A stretch of 64,000 bases of DNA from Acidobacteriota bacterium (GCA_031425275.1 JANPJA010000057.1:1-64000); one strand, 5' to 3'; positions 40,674-50,766 are shown, counted from the stretch's first letter. Notes: a model not told the origin generated them from the sequence alone. Numbers and translations: made by a program.

Positions 40674-41783
40674 TTAAGCCACGGGGACGTTCTCCATAGT
40701 CAACTCGATCAGCCGATCGACGACCGGCTTGAGATCGTTCGTCTCGTGAAAGACGCGCAACTGCTCGTCGGCCGAGGTGCCCCGATCCAGTATGGTGTGG
40801 ATGTGCTCCACTTCTTTACGCGAGCCGAGATCGTCGAGCACGTCGTCCACGAAGTCGAGGAGTTCGCGGATGAGGTCTTTCGTCGGGACTTCCTTCTGCT
40901 TGCCGAAGTCGATCATGTTGCCGTCGAGTCCGTAGCGCACGGCCCGCCACTTGTTCTCCTGAATCAGCATCCGGCGGTAGAGGCGGAAGCCGAGGTTGCG
41001 CTCGATCAGGCCGTCGAGCTTGCAGACTATCGCCTGAAAGAGCGCGGCGATGGCGATGGTGTCATCCACTCTGGTCGGGATGTCGCAGACGCGGAACTCC
41101 AGCGTCGGGAAGACCGAGTGGGGCCGCACGTCCCACCAGATTTTCCGCGGGCCGCTGATCGAATTCGTGTCGAGCAGCAGTTGGATGTAATTGTCGAAGG
41201 CTTGGGCGGAGCCGAAGTGGTCGGGGATGTCGGTGCGCGGGAACTTCTTAAAGACCTCCGAGCGGTACGACTTGAGGCCGGAGTTGTTGCCCAGCCAGAA
41301 GGGCGACGAGGTGGAGAGCGCGAGGACGTGCGGCAGGAAGTAGCGCGCCGCGTTCATGATGTGAATCTGCCGCTCGCGATCCTCGATGCCGACGTGGACG
41401 TGGAGGCCGAAAATGAGGAGCGAGCGCGCCACCATCTGCAACTCCTCGATGAGGAGCTTGTAGTGCGGGTCGTCGTAGATGTCCTGCTGCGACCACAAAG
41501 AAATCGGGTGCGTGGAGGCGGCGACGATTTCCATCCCCTGCTTGCGCGCGAGGTGGGAGACGATGGAGCGCAGCCGCGAGATGTCGGCGCGCGCCTCTTG
41601 GATGTTGCTACAGATGCCGGTGCCGACCTCGATCTGGGCCTGAATCATCTCGGGCTTCACCTGCTCGCCGAGCAGCATCCGGCCCTCTTCGAGAATCTCC
41701 TTGACGTGCGACTTCAGCTCGCGCGTCTGCGGATCGACGATCTGAAATTCTTCCTCGATCCCTAACGTGTACTTCTGGAACAT
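40674..41783 (-). CDS. Carboxylate-amine ligase, YbdK / glutamate-cysteine ligase family 2 (GCS2)
   Basis: N-terminal TLGIEEEFQIVD, HVHVGI and conserved YbdK-like length (369 aa) and spacing are present. Confidence 0.85.
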   Translation of the reverse strand: MFQKYTLGIEEEFQIVDPQTRELKSHVKEILEEGRMLLGEQVKPEMIQAQIEVGTGICSNIQEARADISRLRSIVSHLARKQGMEIVAASTHPISLWSQQDIYDDPHYKLLIEELQMVARSLLIFGLHVHVGIEDRERQIHIMNAARYFLPHVLALSTSSPFWLGNNSGLKSYRSEVFKKFPRTDIPDHFGSAQAFDNYIQLLLDTNSISGPRKIWWDVRPHSVFPTLEFRVCDIPTRVDDTIAIAALFQAIVCKLDGLIERNLGFRLYRRMLIQENKWRAVRYGLDGNMIDFGKQKEVPTKDLIRELLDFVDDVLDDLGSRKEVEHIHTILDRGTSADEQLRVFHETNDLKPVVDRLIELTMENVPVA

Positions 41784-41847
41784 GGCCGTCCGCTCTCCTT
41801 ATGCGGGGGACTGACCGGGCCGGCCGGACGGCCCGGATGTGTGCGGC

Positions 41848-42408
41848 CTAACCCGCAACTACTTCTTCGGATTCATTGTTATCGCCCCCGAGCGCGACAC
41901 GGATTTCGCGCCAGTCCGGCGTCCGGCCGCGCACTTTCTCTAAGTAGAAGTGCCGCAGCGCGCTGGCCGGCGTCGCCAGCGGCGAGTGGAGATCGAAGTG
42001 CGCGGCCCAGTGCCAATCTCGCCCGTCGCGCGGCCGGAGGATGTGGAGCGCGGCCCTCGACCTGCCTTTCTCCAAGAACCCTTCCGCGGTGTCGCCGTGC
42101 GCTGCGAAGCGTCGCGTGAACGAAGGGTGGGCGTCGAGCGCGGCCGAGAAATCACCGGCGGCAACGAACTCCAATCCGACGCCGCCCATGCCGTAAACAT
42201 TCGTGACGCGCCGCACCGAATCCCACAGCCCCAAACTCCCGAGACGGCCGACAAAAAGGAGGAGCGCTTGCTGCTTGTCGGCGGCGAGAGAGTCGAACGC
42301 CGCCTCGTCGGACGTGTGCTCGAAAAGCCCCGCGAGCCGCCCCCCCAGCGCGGCGCGCCTGCCCTCCGCGAGCCGCGCCCAACTTAAACTCTCAGCCGCC
42401 GCGCTCAA
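41848..42408 (-). CDS. Hypothetical protein
   Basis: 186 aa. Its start overlaps the stop of the PilZ gene by 4 nt (translational coupling). No recognisable domain. Confidence 0.5.
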   Translation of the reverse strand: MSAAAESLSWARLAEGRRAALGGRLAGLFEHTSDEAAFDSLAADKQQALLLFVGRLGSLGLWDSVRRVTNVYGMGGVGLEFVAAGDFSAALDAHPSFTRRFAAHGDTAEGFLEKGRSRAALHILRPRDGRDWHWAAHFDLHSPLATPASALRHFYLEKVRGRTPDWREIRVALGGDNNESEEVVAG

Positions 42409-42740
42409 CTGCCCGCCAGAGCGCGCTCGATAGTCGCGCGATCCTTCTCCGAGAGGCCGTGGAAGCTGACGCCGACGCCGACGCCGGGGTTGCTGTAAAC
42501 CACTTCGGCGTTAACCACCACGTCGCCCTCGGCGAAGGGCAGACGGAGCGTGAGCAGCCCGCCCTCGGGTAGCTCTTTCTTCGTGTTCATGTAGAGTCCG
42601 CCCGCGCCGATGTCTTTCGTGCTGGCGATGCCGGTCGCGTCCGCCCCGTCAAAGTACACGTCCACGATCATGCGCGAGCGGTCGTGTCGGCGGCGTTCGT
42701 CGGGCGTCAACTCGTCGTCCCGGTCAGTCTCCCTGCTCAT
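42405..42740 (-). CDS. PilZ domain protein (c-di-GMP binding)
   Basis: The RRHDRSR (RxxxR) motif and the D.S.GG-type motif DIGAGGLYM are present in a roughly 110-aa protein. Confidence 0.68.
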   Translation of the reverse strand: MSRETDRDDELTPDERRRHDRSRMIVDVYFDGADATGIASTKDIGAGGLYMNTKKELPEGGLLTLRLPFAEGDVVVNAEVVYSNPGVGVGVSFHGLSEKDRATIERALAGS

Positions 42741-42852
42741 GCGCGCTAATTCCTCGTGTCAGATGTGAAGCGATCACAAACCCTGCCGCCCGGCCCGCGC
42801 CACGGCTTTCGCCGGACAGCCTCGCCTTGGGCCGAACGCGGCCGCGGCCGGT

Positions 42853-44205
42853 TCAGACCCCTTCGATGATGAAGGTCGGCACCATCCCGCCGCCCGAGCT
42901 GACGTTCGCCAGCTCGGAATATGAGAGCCGCGTGAAGCCCGAGCCGACCTTGCCGTAAAAGAGCATCGGGTCGAGATCGACGAGCTGCTCTGCGAACTCG
43001 ATGCGCCCGTCGTCGGTGAGCGCGGGGAAGGTCTCGCGGGCGGTCTTGACCCGCTCCTGAACGATGTAGTCGCCGTCGGCCAGCGCGTGGCGCAGGGCCT
43101 CGGCCCACCCGGCCTCGTCCGCGCTCCACCCGATGTAGATGCCGTGGCCGCCGTAGTCGTCGTTGGGCTTGAGCACGAGGCGGTCGCGGTTGCTTTTGAT
43201 GAAGTCGAGCAGATCGATTTCCGCGCCGTCGTGCGTGGTTTTACGGTCGCGCACCATGCGCGTCCACGGGACGTGGCGGCCGATGGCCTCGCGCTCTTCG
43301 TCCGTGAAAAGTTGCGCGTGCCGCTCGTCGGTGAGCACGGCGAACAACGCCTTCTTGTGGATGAGCTTCGAGCGGAAACTGTTGACCATGCAGACCGCGC
43401 CCGCCCGGCAGGCGTCGAGCAGCGCGGGATGCTCGGCCATGATCGGCAGATACTCGTTGACGAGCAGCCGCTTATAAACGATGTCGATCTCGAAGTCGCC
43501 CGCGCGCAGGCGGCCCCGCGTGAACTCCAACTCGTCGGGCGAACAAACTTGCGCCGGGTGGCCCTGTCCCTCGAAGTACTCGCGGAACAGCTCGAACTCC
43601 TTCTGCGTCGGCAGACCCTTGAGATCGACGATGGCGATGCTCGGCTTGCGCCCCGGCTCGCGGCCGAGATATTCGCGGTAGGCGCGCAGCAAAACTTCGA
43701 GCAGCAGGGGGCGGCCGTGGAACCTGCGCAGCGGGTATCGCTCGGCGAAGCGGCGCATGACGGGGAGGGCGGAGAATATTTCGTAGGCCGCGTCGGCGTA
43801 GGCGATCCCGGCGGGGCTTTCGCCGTTCAGCTCGACGAAGCTGTAGGAGTCTTCGGTGAGAAAGGAGTCGAGCCGCGCGGTGGGCGAGACGGCGCGGTAG
43901 CCGGGGTCGATGGCGACCAGCTCGCGCTCGATATCGGTCAGCCCCAACTCGGCGAGCAGCGACTCGTCCTCGACGGCCGCGTCCTTCACTTTCTGGATCG
44001 CGCCCCAGACGGTCTCGCAAATTTTGGTGACTCGCTCCCAATCGGAGGCGGCGACGAAGTGCGGGCGCAGGTAGGGCGACAAACGGCGTCCGCCGAAGAT
44101 CAGTTTCGCCTCCCCCAGCCCGGCGTCGAGCATGGCGCGGGAAGACTCGGCTAACTCCGCGTCCTCCAGCAGCTCGTGATAGTAAGCGACGGCTTCTTGC
44201 AGCAT
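42853..44205 (-). CDS. Circularly permuted ATP-grasp family protein (COG2308-like)
   Basis: About 450 aa from the ATG at 44205 (MLQEAVAYY). The length and motif order are typical of the circularly permuted ATP-grasp type 2 family (VCMVNSFRSKLIHKKALFAVL, LVLKPNDDYGGHGIYIG). The N-terminal 59 codons of the track ORF are likely untranslated. Confidence 0.68.
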   Translation of the reverse strand: MLQEAVAYYHELLEDAELAESSRAMLDAGLGEAKLIFGGRRLSPYLRPHFVAASDWERVTKICETVWGAIQKVKDAAVEDESLLAELGLTDIERELVAIDPGYRAVSPTARLDSFLTEDSYSFVELNGESPAGIAYADAAYEIFSALPVMRRFAERYPLRRFHGRPLLLEVLLRAYREYLGREPGRKPSIAIVDLKGLPTQKEFELFREYFEGQGHPAQVCSPDELEFTRGRLRAGDFEIDIVYKRLLVNEYLPIMAEHPALLDACRAGAVCMVNSFRSKLIHKKALFAVLTDERHAQLFTDEEREAIGRHVPWTRMVRDRKTTHDGAEIDLLDFIKSNRDRLVLKPNDDYGGHGIYIGWSADEAGWAEALRHALADGDYIVQERVKTARETFPALTDDGRIEFAEQLVDLDPMLFYGKVGSGFTRLSYSELANVSSGGGMVPTFIIEGV

Positions 44206-44378
44206 CTGTCCGGCCCGGATCGTGCTCGGCGTGGGTTTGATTTCGAGAGCTTTGACGCCGGGTAGAGTAACACATTTCGCGCCCGCGCGCGGGGGCAAAA
44301 CTCGCGGCAAAAAAAGAGGCGGGCGCGACCCTCGCCGCCCGCCGACCCCGTCTATATTTCCGCGCCTCGGCCGCAGAC

Positions 44379-46385
44379 TCAACGCACGGGCCGCTTAAGC
44401 TTCAACGTCTGTTTCTTGCCTTCGCGCAGGACGCCGAGCGTCACCTCGGGGCTGGCCGGCCCCGTGCTTTTCCGCCACTCGAAGCTCGGCCGCCCTTCGA
44501 TAGTCTCGACCAGATCGCCGCTCCGCAGCCCGGACTGATCGGCCGCGCTGCCGGGAATGACGGAGTAAACCATCAACCCGTCGAAGCTGATCGTCGCCCC
44601 TTCGGAAGTGTTCGTCCCTACGAAATACATCGCCTCCGCGCCGTAGGGGAAGAGCGGCTGCGCGGCCGGCCCCGTGCGACCCGTGCCCGCCGCGCTCAAG
44701 CGCGCGGCGGCTTCGCCGAGCCGCGTGGTCAAGAGCATGAGGTTGGCGGTGGCGTCGCGCAGTCGCACCCGGTTCTCGTCCACCTGCCGGCGCAGGGCCG
44801 CGACTTGGCTGACGGCCTGTTCATGACGCGCCAGCGCCGCCTTGTCTCCACCCCGGACGGCGAGGGATGTCTGAACTATCGTCTCGTCGAGCGCGCGCAA
44901 ATTCTCATCCACTTGGCGGATGCTTTCGTTGAGCCGTCGCATCAGTAAATCTGCGCGCCGCAACTCCGTCTCGGCGGCGCGGGCCTCGGCGTGCGCGGTC
45001 TCGAACGCGGGGTTTTGCGACTCGCTCAACTCCACCCGCAAAAGCATGGGGGAGTTTCGCGCGCGGAGGATCGAGAACCCGGCGCGTCGGTTCCCTCCCA
45101 CTTCGCGCAAAATCCACGACATGTCTTCGACATCGCGCACCTCGTGGTTCTCGATGCGCTCGATCACGTCGCCGGGCCGGAGTCCGGCGCGCGCGGCCGG
45201 ACTGTTCGGCGCGACCGCGGTCAGAACTACACCCTTCTGACGGCGCATCAATTCCCCGGCCTGTTCGCGGGGCCACCCTTGCGCGAGCAAAAATTTCTGA
45301 TTCGAGTCGGCGACCGAATCGCCGCGCGCGCCGAGCCACGGCTGCGGGACGCTCGCGCGCCGAGACTGCACGCGGGCCGCCGCGGCGCGCACCGCTTCGG
45401 CCGACAGCAGACGGCTCTCGCGCCCCCCGCTACCTTCGACGATGCCGACGAGCGCGCCCGCGTCGCTCAACACCACACCGCCCGCCCACTCCGGCGAGGC
45501 CCGCTCGACTTCAATCGTAAAAGCCGCCGCGCGTCCCGTCGGCGTGCGCCTGACTTCCTTGAGCCGGCCGTCGATCTCGCCGAGGCTCATGTAAAGCACG
45601 CCCGCGTCGCCGACCGGGCCGTCCGGGTTTTCGCTCGCGGCCGGTGCGGGATCGGGCCGCGCCTCGGCAGCCGCGGCGGCGGCGGCCGGCAGAGGCGCGA
45701 CGACGCGGACACGCTGGCCGATGACGAGCGGGGCTGCACTGGTCTCGGCCCCGCGGTCGAAGACGCTGGCGGCGGCTTCGAGTAGGGAGAGGCCGGTGCC
45801 CGCGTCGAAGCCTATGAATCTCGCGCCGATCCGTTCACCGTCCGCCTTGACCAGCACGAGTGTTGATTCGTCGCCGCCCGGCCCCGTGCCCGCCTCGCGG
45901 TAAAGTGCGGGGAGGCTCAGCATCTCCGCCTCCGCGCGCGGGAGTCGCGCCACCACCGAACGGCCGTCGCCGAGGACGAAGCCCGCGACGATGTTGGTGC
46001 GGACGAAACTTTCGTCGAACGTCGCGGCGATGGGGGCGTCCGGCGGCGCGACGAGCGCGCGCAATCTCCACCCGCGCAGGCGGTGGACAACTGCGACGAC
46101 CGGTTGCGGGATGGTCGCGTTGCGGCGCGACGAGCGCGCACCAGCCGGCTGCGAAGATCGGGGGGCCTGAGTCGCGTGGTTGGCCGGCATAGCCACACCC
46201 GGCGGGCTTGCCCCTTGCGCCCGCGCGTCAAGGGCGGTCACGAAGAACGCGGCGAACAGACAAGGGCCGACTCGTAGCGTGAGAGCCGTCAAGCAGTCGT
46301 GCCGCGAACGCCGCGCGCCGGCGGGAACCAACGCGCGGGTCATCCATGCAATTCTGTTTTGTAGCCGCTTAAACACTTTTACCAA
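44379..46385 (-). CDS. Secreted HtrA-like protein with two PDZ domains and a possibly degenerate trypsin-like domain
   Basis: It has a signal peptide and two PDZ motifs (GVVLTAVAPNSPAARAGLRPGDVIERI, GLMVYSVIPGSAADQSGLRSGDLVETI). The trypsin-like region reads VLSDAGALVGIVEG where GNSGGAL is expected. There is a central coiled-coil. Its start overlaps the anti-sigma stop. Confidence 0.7.
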   Translation of the reverse strand: MVKVFKRLQNRIAWMTRALVPAGARRSRHDCLTALTLRVGPCLFAAFFVTALDARAQGASPPGVAMPANHATQAPRSSQPAGARSSRRNATIPQPVVAVVHRLRGWRLRALVAPPDAPIAATFDESFVRTNIVAGFVLGDGRSVVARLPRAEAEMLSLPALYREAGTGPGGDESTLVLVKADGERIGARFIGFDAGTGLSLLEAAASVFDRGAETSAAPLVIGQRVRVVAPLPAAAAAAAEARPDPAPAASENPDGPVGDAGVLYMSLGEIDGRLKEVRRTPTGRAAAFTIEVERASPEWAGGVVLSDAGALVGIVEGSGGRESRLLSAEAVRAAAARVQSRRASVPQPWLGARGDSVADSNQKFLLAQGWPREQAGELMRRQKGVVLTAVAPNSPAARAGLRPGDVIERIENHEVRDVEDMSWILREVGGNRRAGFSILRARNSPMLLRVELSESQNPAFETAHAEARAAETELRRADLLMRRLNESIRQVDENLRALDETIVQTSLAVRGGDKAALARHEQAVSQVAALRRQVDENRVRLRDATANLMLLTTRLGEAAARLSAAGTGRTGPAAQPLFPYGAEAMYFVGTNTSEGATISFDGLMVYSVIPGSAADQSGLRSGDLVETIEGRPSFEWRKSTGPASPEVTLGVLREGKKQTLKLKRPVR

Positions 46386-47179
46386 ACGCCCTGCTTGTGT
46401 GCGGCGTTCACGACGCGCGCGCCTGTCACATTCGGCTCGCGCGATCCGAATGCCACCGGATCGACTCTGACCACGCGCGACGCGCCCCGCATGTCCTTGA
46501 AGGTGACTTGCAGCGGACGCTCCTCGGCAGACACCGGCAGCGCGATGATCGTCCCGCCGATCACGCTGCGAGAATGTTCGGCGAACCGCTCAACCCCACC
46601 CGACTCTGTCGCGATCTCTTCGAGAACGGCGGGCGGCACAATCGTCTGACGCCGCACTCGCCGGTCGCGACGACGATTGTTGACTCTGACCCCCGTCATG
46701 CCCGCCGCCGTTTCAATCGCACCGCCCCTATCCGGCGACATCCCGTCGGGTGAATCGTCCTGCGATTGTTTAACCTCCGGTGATTGTTCACTTCCGCCGG
46801 CCACGGCCGCGACGGTCGGGGTCTGCGAATCGACGGCGGCCACAGCGGGCGTCTCCTGCCGGCGCGGCCGTAGCGAAACCCCGACGGCGATCAGGAGGCA
46901 TAAGGCCGCCGCCGCCCACGCGGCGCGCGGGAAGTATGCCTGCCAGCCGGAACGCTCACGCGGCGTTGCTTCGGTCGCGAGACGCGCGCGCAGGCGGAAC
47001 TCGAAATCGTTCGGCGCGTCCACCCGCGCCAGACCGGCGACCAGTCCGCGCAGCGACGCGCGCTCCGCTTGGAAAGCGCGGCAGGCGTCACAGCCCGCGA
47101 GGTGCGCGCCGGCCGCCCGCCCCGGCGGCGCGTTCGCCCCGGCCACTTCGATCTCGACCCGGCAAAGCTTGCAATCCAT
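46379..47179 (-). CDS. Anti-sigma factor (zf-HC2 zinc finger, single TM)
   Basis: The N-terminal CKLC...HLAGCDAC zinc-finger motif, a TM helix AAWAAAALCLLIAVGVSL and a periplasmic C-terminal region are present. It lies immediately downstream of the ECF sigma gene. Confidence 0.7.
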   Translation of the reverse strand: MDCKLCRVEIEVAGANAPPGRAAGAHLAGCDACRAFQAERASLRGLVAGLARVDAPNDFEFRLRARLATEATPRERSGWQAYFPRAAWAAAALCLLIAVGVSLRPRRQETPAVAAVDSQTPTVAAVAGGSEQSPEVKQSQDDSPDGMSPDRGGAIETAAGMTGVRVNNRRRDRRVRRQTIVPPAVLEEIATESGGVERFAEHSRSVIGGTIIALPVSAEERPLQVTFKDMRGASRVVRVDPVAFGSREPNVTGARVVNAAHKQGVW

Positions 47180-47197
47180 GTCTTCCCTCTACTTCCC

Positions 47198-47881
47198 TTA
47201 CAGGTACTGCACCAACTTGTCGCGCAGGAACGAGCGCGCGCGGCTGATGCGCGACTTGACCGTCCCCTCGCTCATCTCAAGAATCCGCGCGATCTCGTCG
47301 TAGCTGCGCTCCTCAACGTCGCGCAGCACCAGCGGCACGCGATACTTCTCCGGCAACGAGGCAATCGCCCGCGCCACGGCCGCGCGCCTTTCGTCATCGA
47401 CGAGCGTGGCGTCGGCCAGCGGACTCAAATCGGCCGGGTCAAGCTCGCCCTCATCTTCGCCGCCGTCCCGCGACTGGAAAAAGTTCGTGAGCGAGACGAG
47501 CCGGTGCCGCTTGCGCTTGCGCAGCTCCGAGATCGCGAGGTTCGTCGCGATCTTGTAGATGTAAGTCGAGAAGGCGTAGCTCGACTGGTAGCGGTCGGCC
47601 GCGCGGAAGACGCGCAGGAAAGTCTCCTGCGCGAGATCGACCGCCGTGTCGTAGTCGCCGACGATCCGATAGACGTAGTTGGTGATCTGGCCCCGGTAAC
47701 GTCTGACCAGCTCACTAAACGCGGCCTCGTCGCCGTCGCGCGCGGAGAGCAGCAGGCCGTGATCCGACGTGGGATCGATCACGGCCGGCTCAAGCCGCGC
47801 CGCCCCAACCGGAGCCGCCCCGACGGCAGATTCGTCAATGATGATCAGCGCACTCATGCAGGACGGGCGGGCTCGCCACAC
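47198..47881 (-). CDS. RNA polymerase ECF-type sigma factor (sigma-70 regions 2 and 4)
   Basis: Region 2 (FSELVRRYRGQITNYVYRIVGDYDTAVDLAQETFLRVF) and region 4 (LPEKYRVPLVLRDVEERSYDEIARILEMSEGTVKSRISRAR) are present. The start may be the internal ATG at about 47854. Confidence 0.85.
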   Translation of the reverse strand: MWRARPSCMSALIIIDESAVGAAPVGAARLEPAVIDPTSDHGLLLSARDGDEAAFSELVRRYRGQITNYVYRIVGDYDTAVDLAQETFLRVFRAADRYQSSYAFSTYIYKIATNLAISELRKRKRHRLVSLTNFFQSRDGGEDEGELDPADLSPLADATLVDDERRAAVARAIASLPEKYRVPLVLRDVEERSYDEIARILEMSEGTVKSRISRARSFLRDKLVQYL

Positions 47882-48217
47882 TCACACCGCGCGAACCCTC
47901 GCGGGCCTTTCAAACCGCCTCGCGTAACTTCGCGCCGGGGGAACCTCGCGGCCGGATTATACAACGTCCGGGCGCGCCTCCGCCCTGCGACGGTACACGC
48001 GCGGGCTGGCGCTAGGTTCCAAAAAGTGGGGGTCGGACGTGGATGTCTCGGACGGTCGCGGTAAAGCCGCGCGGGCCGCTAACTTCCCTATCTCATCCGG
48101 CGCGGTCGTCTGCTATACTCGCCTCGTCCGACACGACCAGCCACAGGCCCAGACATTTTTCCGTCGTCTCGCGCCACCCTTGAATCTCTACCGTCTTTAG
48201 ATTAAATCGGCGAAAGT

Positions 48218-50737
48218 ATGCCCCGGCAGATCACCAAGCATAGCGACGTTCTCGCGGCCATCGGCAAGGCCGACATCATCTCAGAGCTGATCGAGAAGGA
48301 TGACGGCGGGCACGGCGGCGGCGGCGACTCGGCCGCCAAGAGCGAGGCGTTCAAGTACGAACTCGACCTCGACGTGATCGCTTACGGGCGCAACTACAAC
48401 GGCAAAAAGGTCGGTCCCTACATCCGGCTCCTCGTCTATGAGCCGGGCGAGGAAATCGTCCGCGAGGGCGACTGGGGCGGCAACACATTTTTCATCGCGG
48501 TCGAAGGCGGGCTCGACGTTTTCGTCGCGGACGATTCCGGCGAAGCGAAGAAGGTGGCGGAACTTCCCCAAGGCGTGAGCTTCGGCGAGATGTCGGTGCT
48601 GGCGGGCGTGCCGCGCAACGCGACCGTCAAGGCCCCTCCGGCCGCGCGCGCCACCGTGCTCGAAATCACGCGGCCCGCGCTCCGCCTGCTGCGCAAGCTC
48701 CCCCGGTTCGGCCACGCGCTCGACGTGACCTACCGACAGCACGGCCTCGCCCGCACCCTCGTCGATGTGCAACAGGCCACCGGCTCGGCCTTCGACAAGG
48801 AACTGCTCGGACAACTCGGCGACGCCGCGCGCTTTGTCGTTTACGGCAAGAACCACGTGATGCACGCCGAGGGTGAAACTATCGAGCGCGTCGTCTTCGT
48901 CAAGAACGGCTGGGTGCGGCGCGTGCGCGGCCTGCGCGTCGGCGAAGGCGTCTCCGAGATCGTCCCGGCCCTCGACGAGGGCGTGGACGCGGCCGTTGAC
49001 TTCCTCGGCGCGGGCAACTGTCTCGGCCTCGAAGGCGTGGACGCCGACGTGAGCTGGAAATATACGGCGACGGTGCTGGCGCGCACCGAAGCTCTGGAAA
49101 TCTCCATCGAGCACTTGCGCGACAACCCGAAGCTGCGCGGGATCGTCGCCAGAGAGTTCGCCGAGTTCTCGCTCGCCGACGACGACGTGCTGATGGAGCG
49201 GCGCGAAGACCTCCGCGTGCTTGGCGCGGCCGAAAAAGAGATCACGACCGGGCTGGTCGATGCGACGAATCTGCTCGTCATGGATATGGACTTGTGCATC
49301 CGCTGCGGCAACTGCTCGCTCGCCTGCCACAAGGTTCACGGCCAGTCGCGCCTGCTGCGTCGCGGCATCCACGTCGAACGTCCAGTGCGCCCCGGCTCCT
49401 CGTCGGATCAGCACGTCCTTGCCCCTTCCGTCTGCCTCCATTGCCAAGACCCGGAGTGTCTGACCGGCTGCCCCACCGGGGCCATCGGCCGCTTCCCCGG
49501 CGGGCAAATAGACATCGACCCCAAGACTTGTATCGGCTGCGGCGACTGCGCCGCCCAGTGCCCTTACAACGCCATCTCGATGGTGACGCGCAAAGGCCCC
49601 GCCCCGTCCGCGCCCGTCGGACTCGGCGCGCGCTTCCGCGGCTGGATGAGTCTTGCCCCGCCGCCGGAGCCGCCGCAGGTGACTGAGACCGAGAACCTGC
49701 TCGCGGTCAAATGCAACCTTTGCAACAACACGCCGCTCAACCCGGCCGGCGCGAAGCGCAAGGCTTACTCGTGTGAGGAGAATTGTCCGACGGGCGCGCT
49801 CGTGCGCGTCAACCCCCGCGAGTATTTCACCGAGGTGCGGGGCCGCGTCGGCCTCGTCTTTCAAGATCAGACGCACGCCATCGGCCGCAACATTCACAAG
49901 AGCGATCCCGGCGCGCGACTCGGCCACGCGCTCGGCGTCGTCGGCGCAGTTCTCTTCACCGTCGCGACCCTGTGGGCCATGCGCCGCTATGGCCTCGACG
50001 GACGACTCGGCGGCACGTGGCTTTCGGTGCGTTGGCTGACGGGACTCGTCGGCCTCGTCGGCATCGCCGTCGTGATGGCATATTCGGCGCGCAAGCAAGT
50101 CTATCGCCGCCGGGCGGGCGCGCTCCGCTACTGGCTGCTCGCGCACGTCTATGCGGGCGTCGTCGCGGGTGTGCTGCTCCTGCTCCACGGCGGGACGAGC
50201 ACGGGCGGGCTGTTGACGACCGCGCTGATGATCTCGTTTGATCTCACCATCCTGTCGGGGCTGTTCGGCATCGCGACTTACGTCATCGCGCCGCGCATCA
50301 TGACGAGCATCGAGGGCGAGCCGCTGCTCGTCGAAGACCTCCGCGCCCGGCGCGAGGAGCTGCGTTCGCAACTCGCGGGCGTCACGCAGCGGGCAGACGA
50401 GGCGACGCGCCGGCTCATCGCGCGCGACGTGTCCCGCCGCTTCCTCTCGTTCCGCTTCCTGCTCCGCCAGTACGCGCGGCGGGAAGAGTTATCGGTGTTA
50501 CAGGAACGCGCCCTCGCGGAGATGCGCGGCACGGCGGGCGGCATCACAGACCGGGCCTCGCGTCAGCTACTAACCGAGGCCGTCGAGGCGAGCGTGCTGC
50601 TGCGGCGGGCCGACTCGCTCATCTATTTGCATCAGTTGCTCAAGCTCTGGCTCGCCCCGCACGTCGTCGCCAGTTCGCTGATGCTCGTCCTGATGCTCGT
50701 CCACATCGTTCAGGTCATTTACTTCGCCGTCCGCTAG
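48218..50737 (+). CDS. Membrane protein with two cyclic-nucleotide-binding domains, a poly-ferredoxin (about four 4Fe-4S Cys clusters) and a C-terminal multi-TM domain
   Basis: 839 aa. The cNMP motifs are GD.GG..FFIAVEG...FGEMSVLAGVPRNATVKA and a second GETIERVVFVKNGWVRRV. Cys clusters are CIRCGNCSLACH, CLHCQDPECLTGCP, CIGCGDCAAQCP and CNLCNN..CEENCP. There are 5-6 hydrophobic helices in the last 250 aa. Confidence 0.8.
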   Translation: MPRQITKHSDVLAAIGKADIISELIEKDDGGHGGGGDSAAKSEAFKYELDLDVIAYGRNYNGKKVGPYIRLLVYEPGEEIVREGDWGGNTFFIAVEGGLDVFVADDSGEAKKVAELPQGVSFGEMSVLAGVPRNATVKAPPAARATVLEITRPALRLLRKLPRFGHALDVTYRQHGLARTLVDVQQATGSAFDKELLGQLGDAARFVVYGKNHVMHAEGETIERVVFVKNGWVRRVRGLRVGEGVSEIVPALDEGVDAAVDFLGAGNCLGLEGVDADVSWKYTATVLARTEALEISIEHLRDNPKLRGIVAREFAEFSLADDDVLMERREDLRVLGAAEKEITTGLVDATNLLVMDMDLCIRCGNCSLACHKVHGQSRLLRRGIHVERPVRPGSSSDQHVLAPSVCLHCQDPECLTGCPTGAIGRFPGGQIDIDPKTCIGCGDCAAQCPYNAISMVTRKGPAPSAPVGLGARFRGWMSLAPPPEPPQVTETENLLAVKCNLCNNTPLNPAGAKRKAYSCEENCPTGALVRVNPREYFTEVRGRVGLVFQDQTHAIGRNIHKSDPGARLGHALGVVGAVLFTVATLWAMRRYGLDGRLGGTWLSVRWLTGLVGLVGIAVVMAYSARKQVYRRRAGALRYWLLAHVYAGVVAGVLLLLHGGTSTGGLLTTALMISFDLTILSGLFGIATYVIAPRIMTSIEGEPLLVEDLRARREELRSQLAGVTQRADEATRRLIARDVSRRFLSFRFLLRQYARREELSVLQERALAEMRGTAGGITDRASRQLLTEAVEASVLLRRADSLIYLHQLLKLWLAPHVVASSLMLVLMLVHIVQVIYFAVR

Positions 50738-50766
50738 CGGCGGCGCGCACGCGAGACACGCCCGAC

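Noticed and set aside
44206-44382. N-terminal 59-codon extension of the ATP-grasp ORF
   Set aside because: The extension is Arg/Pro/Gly-rich low complexity. The internal Met at MLQEAVAYY gives a protein of typical family length.
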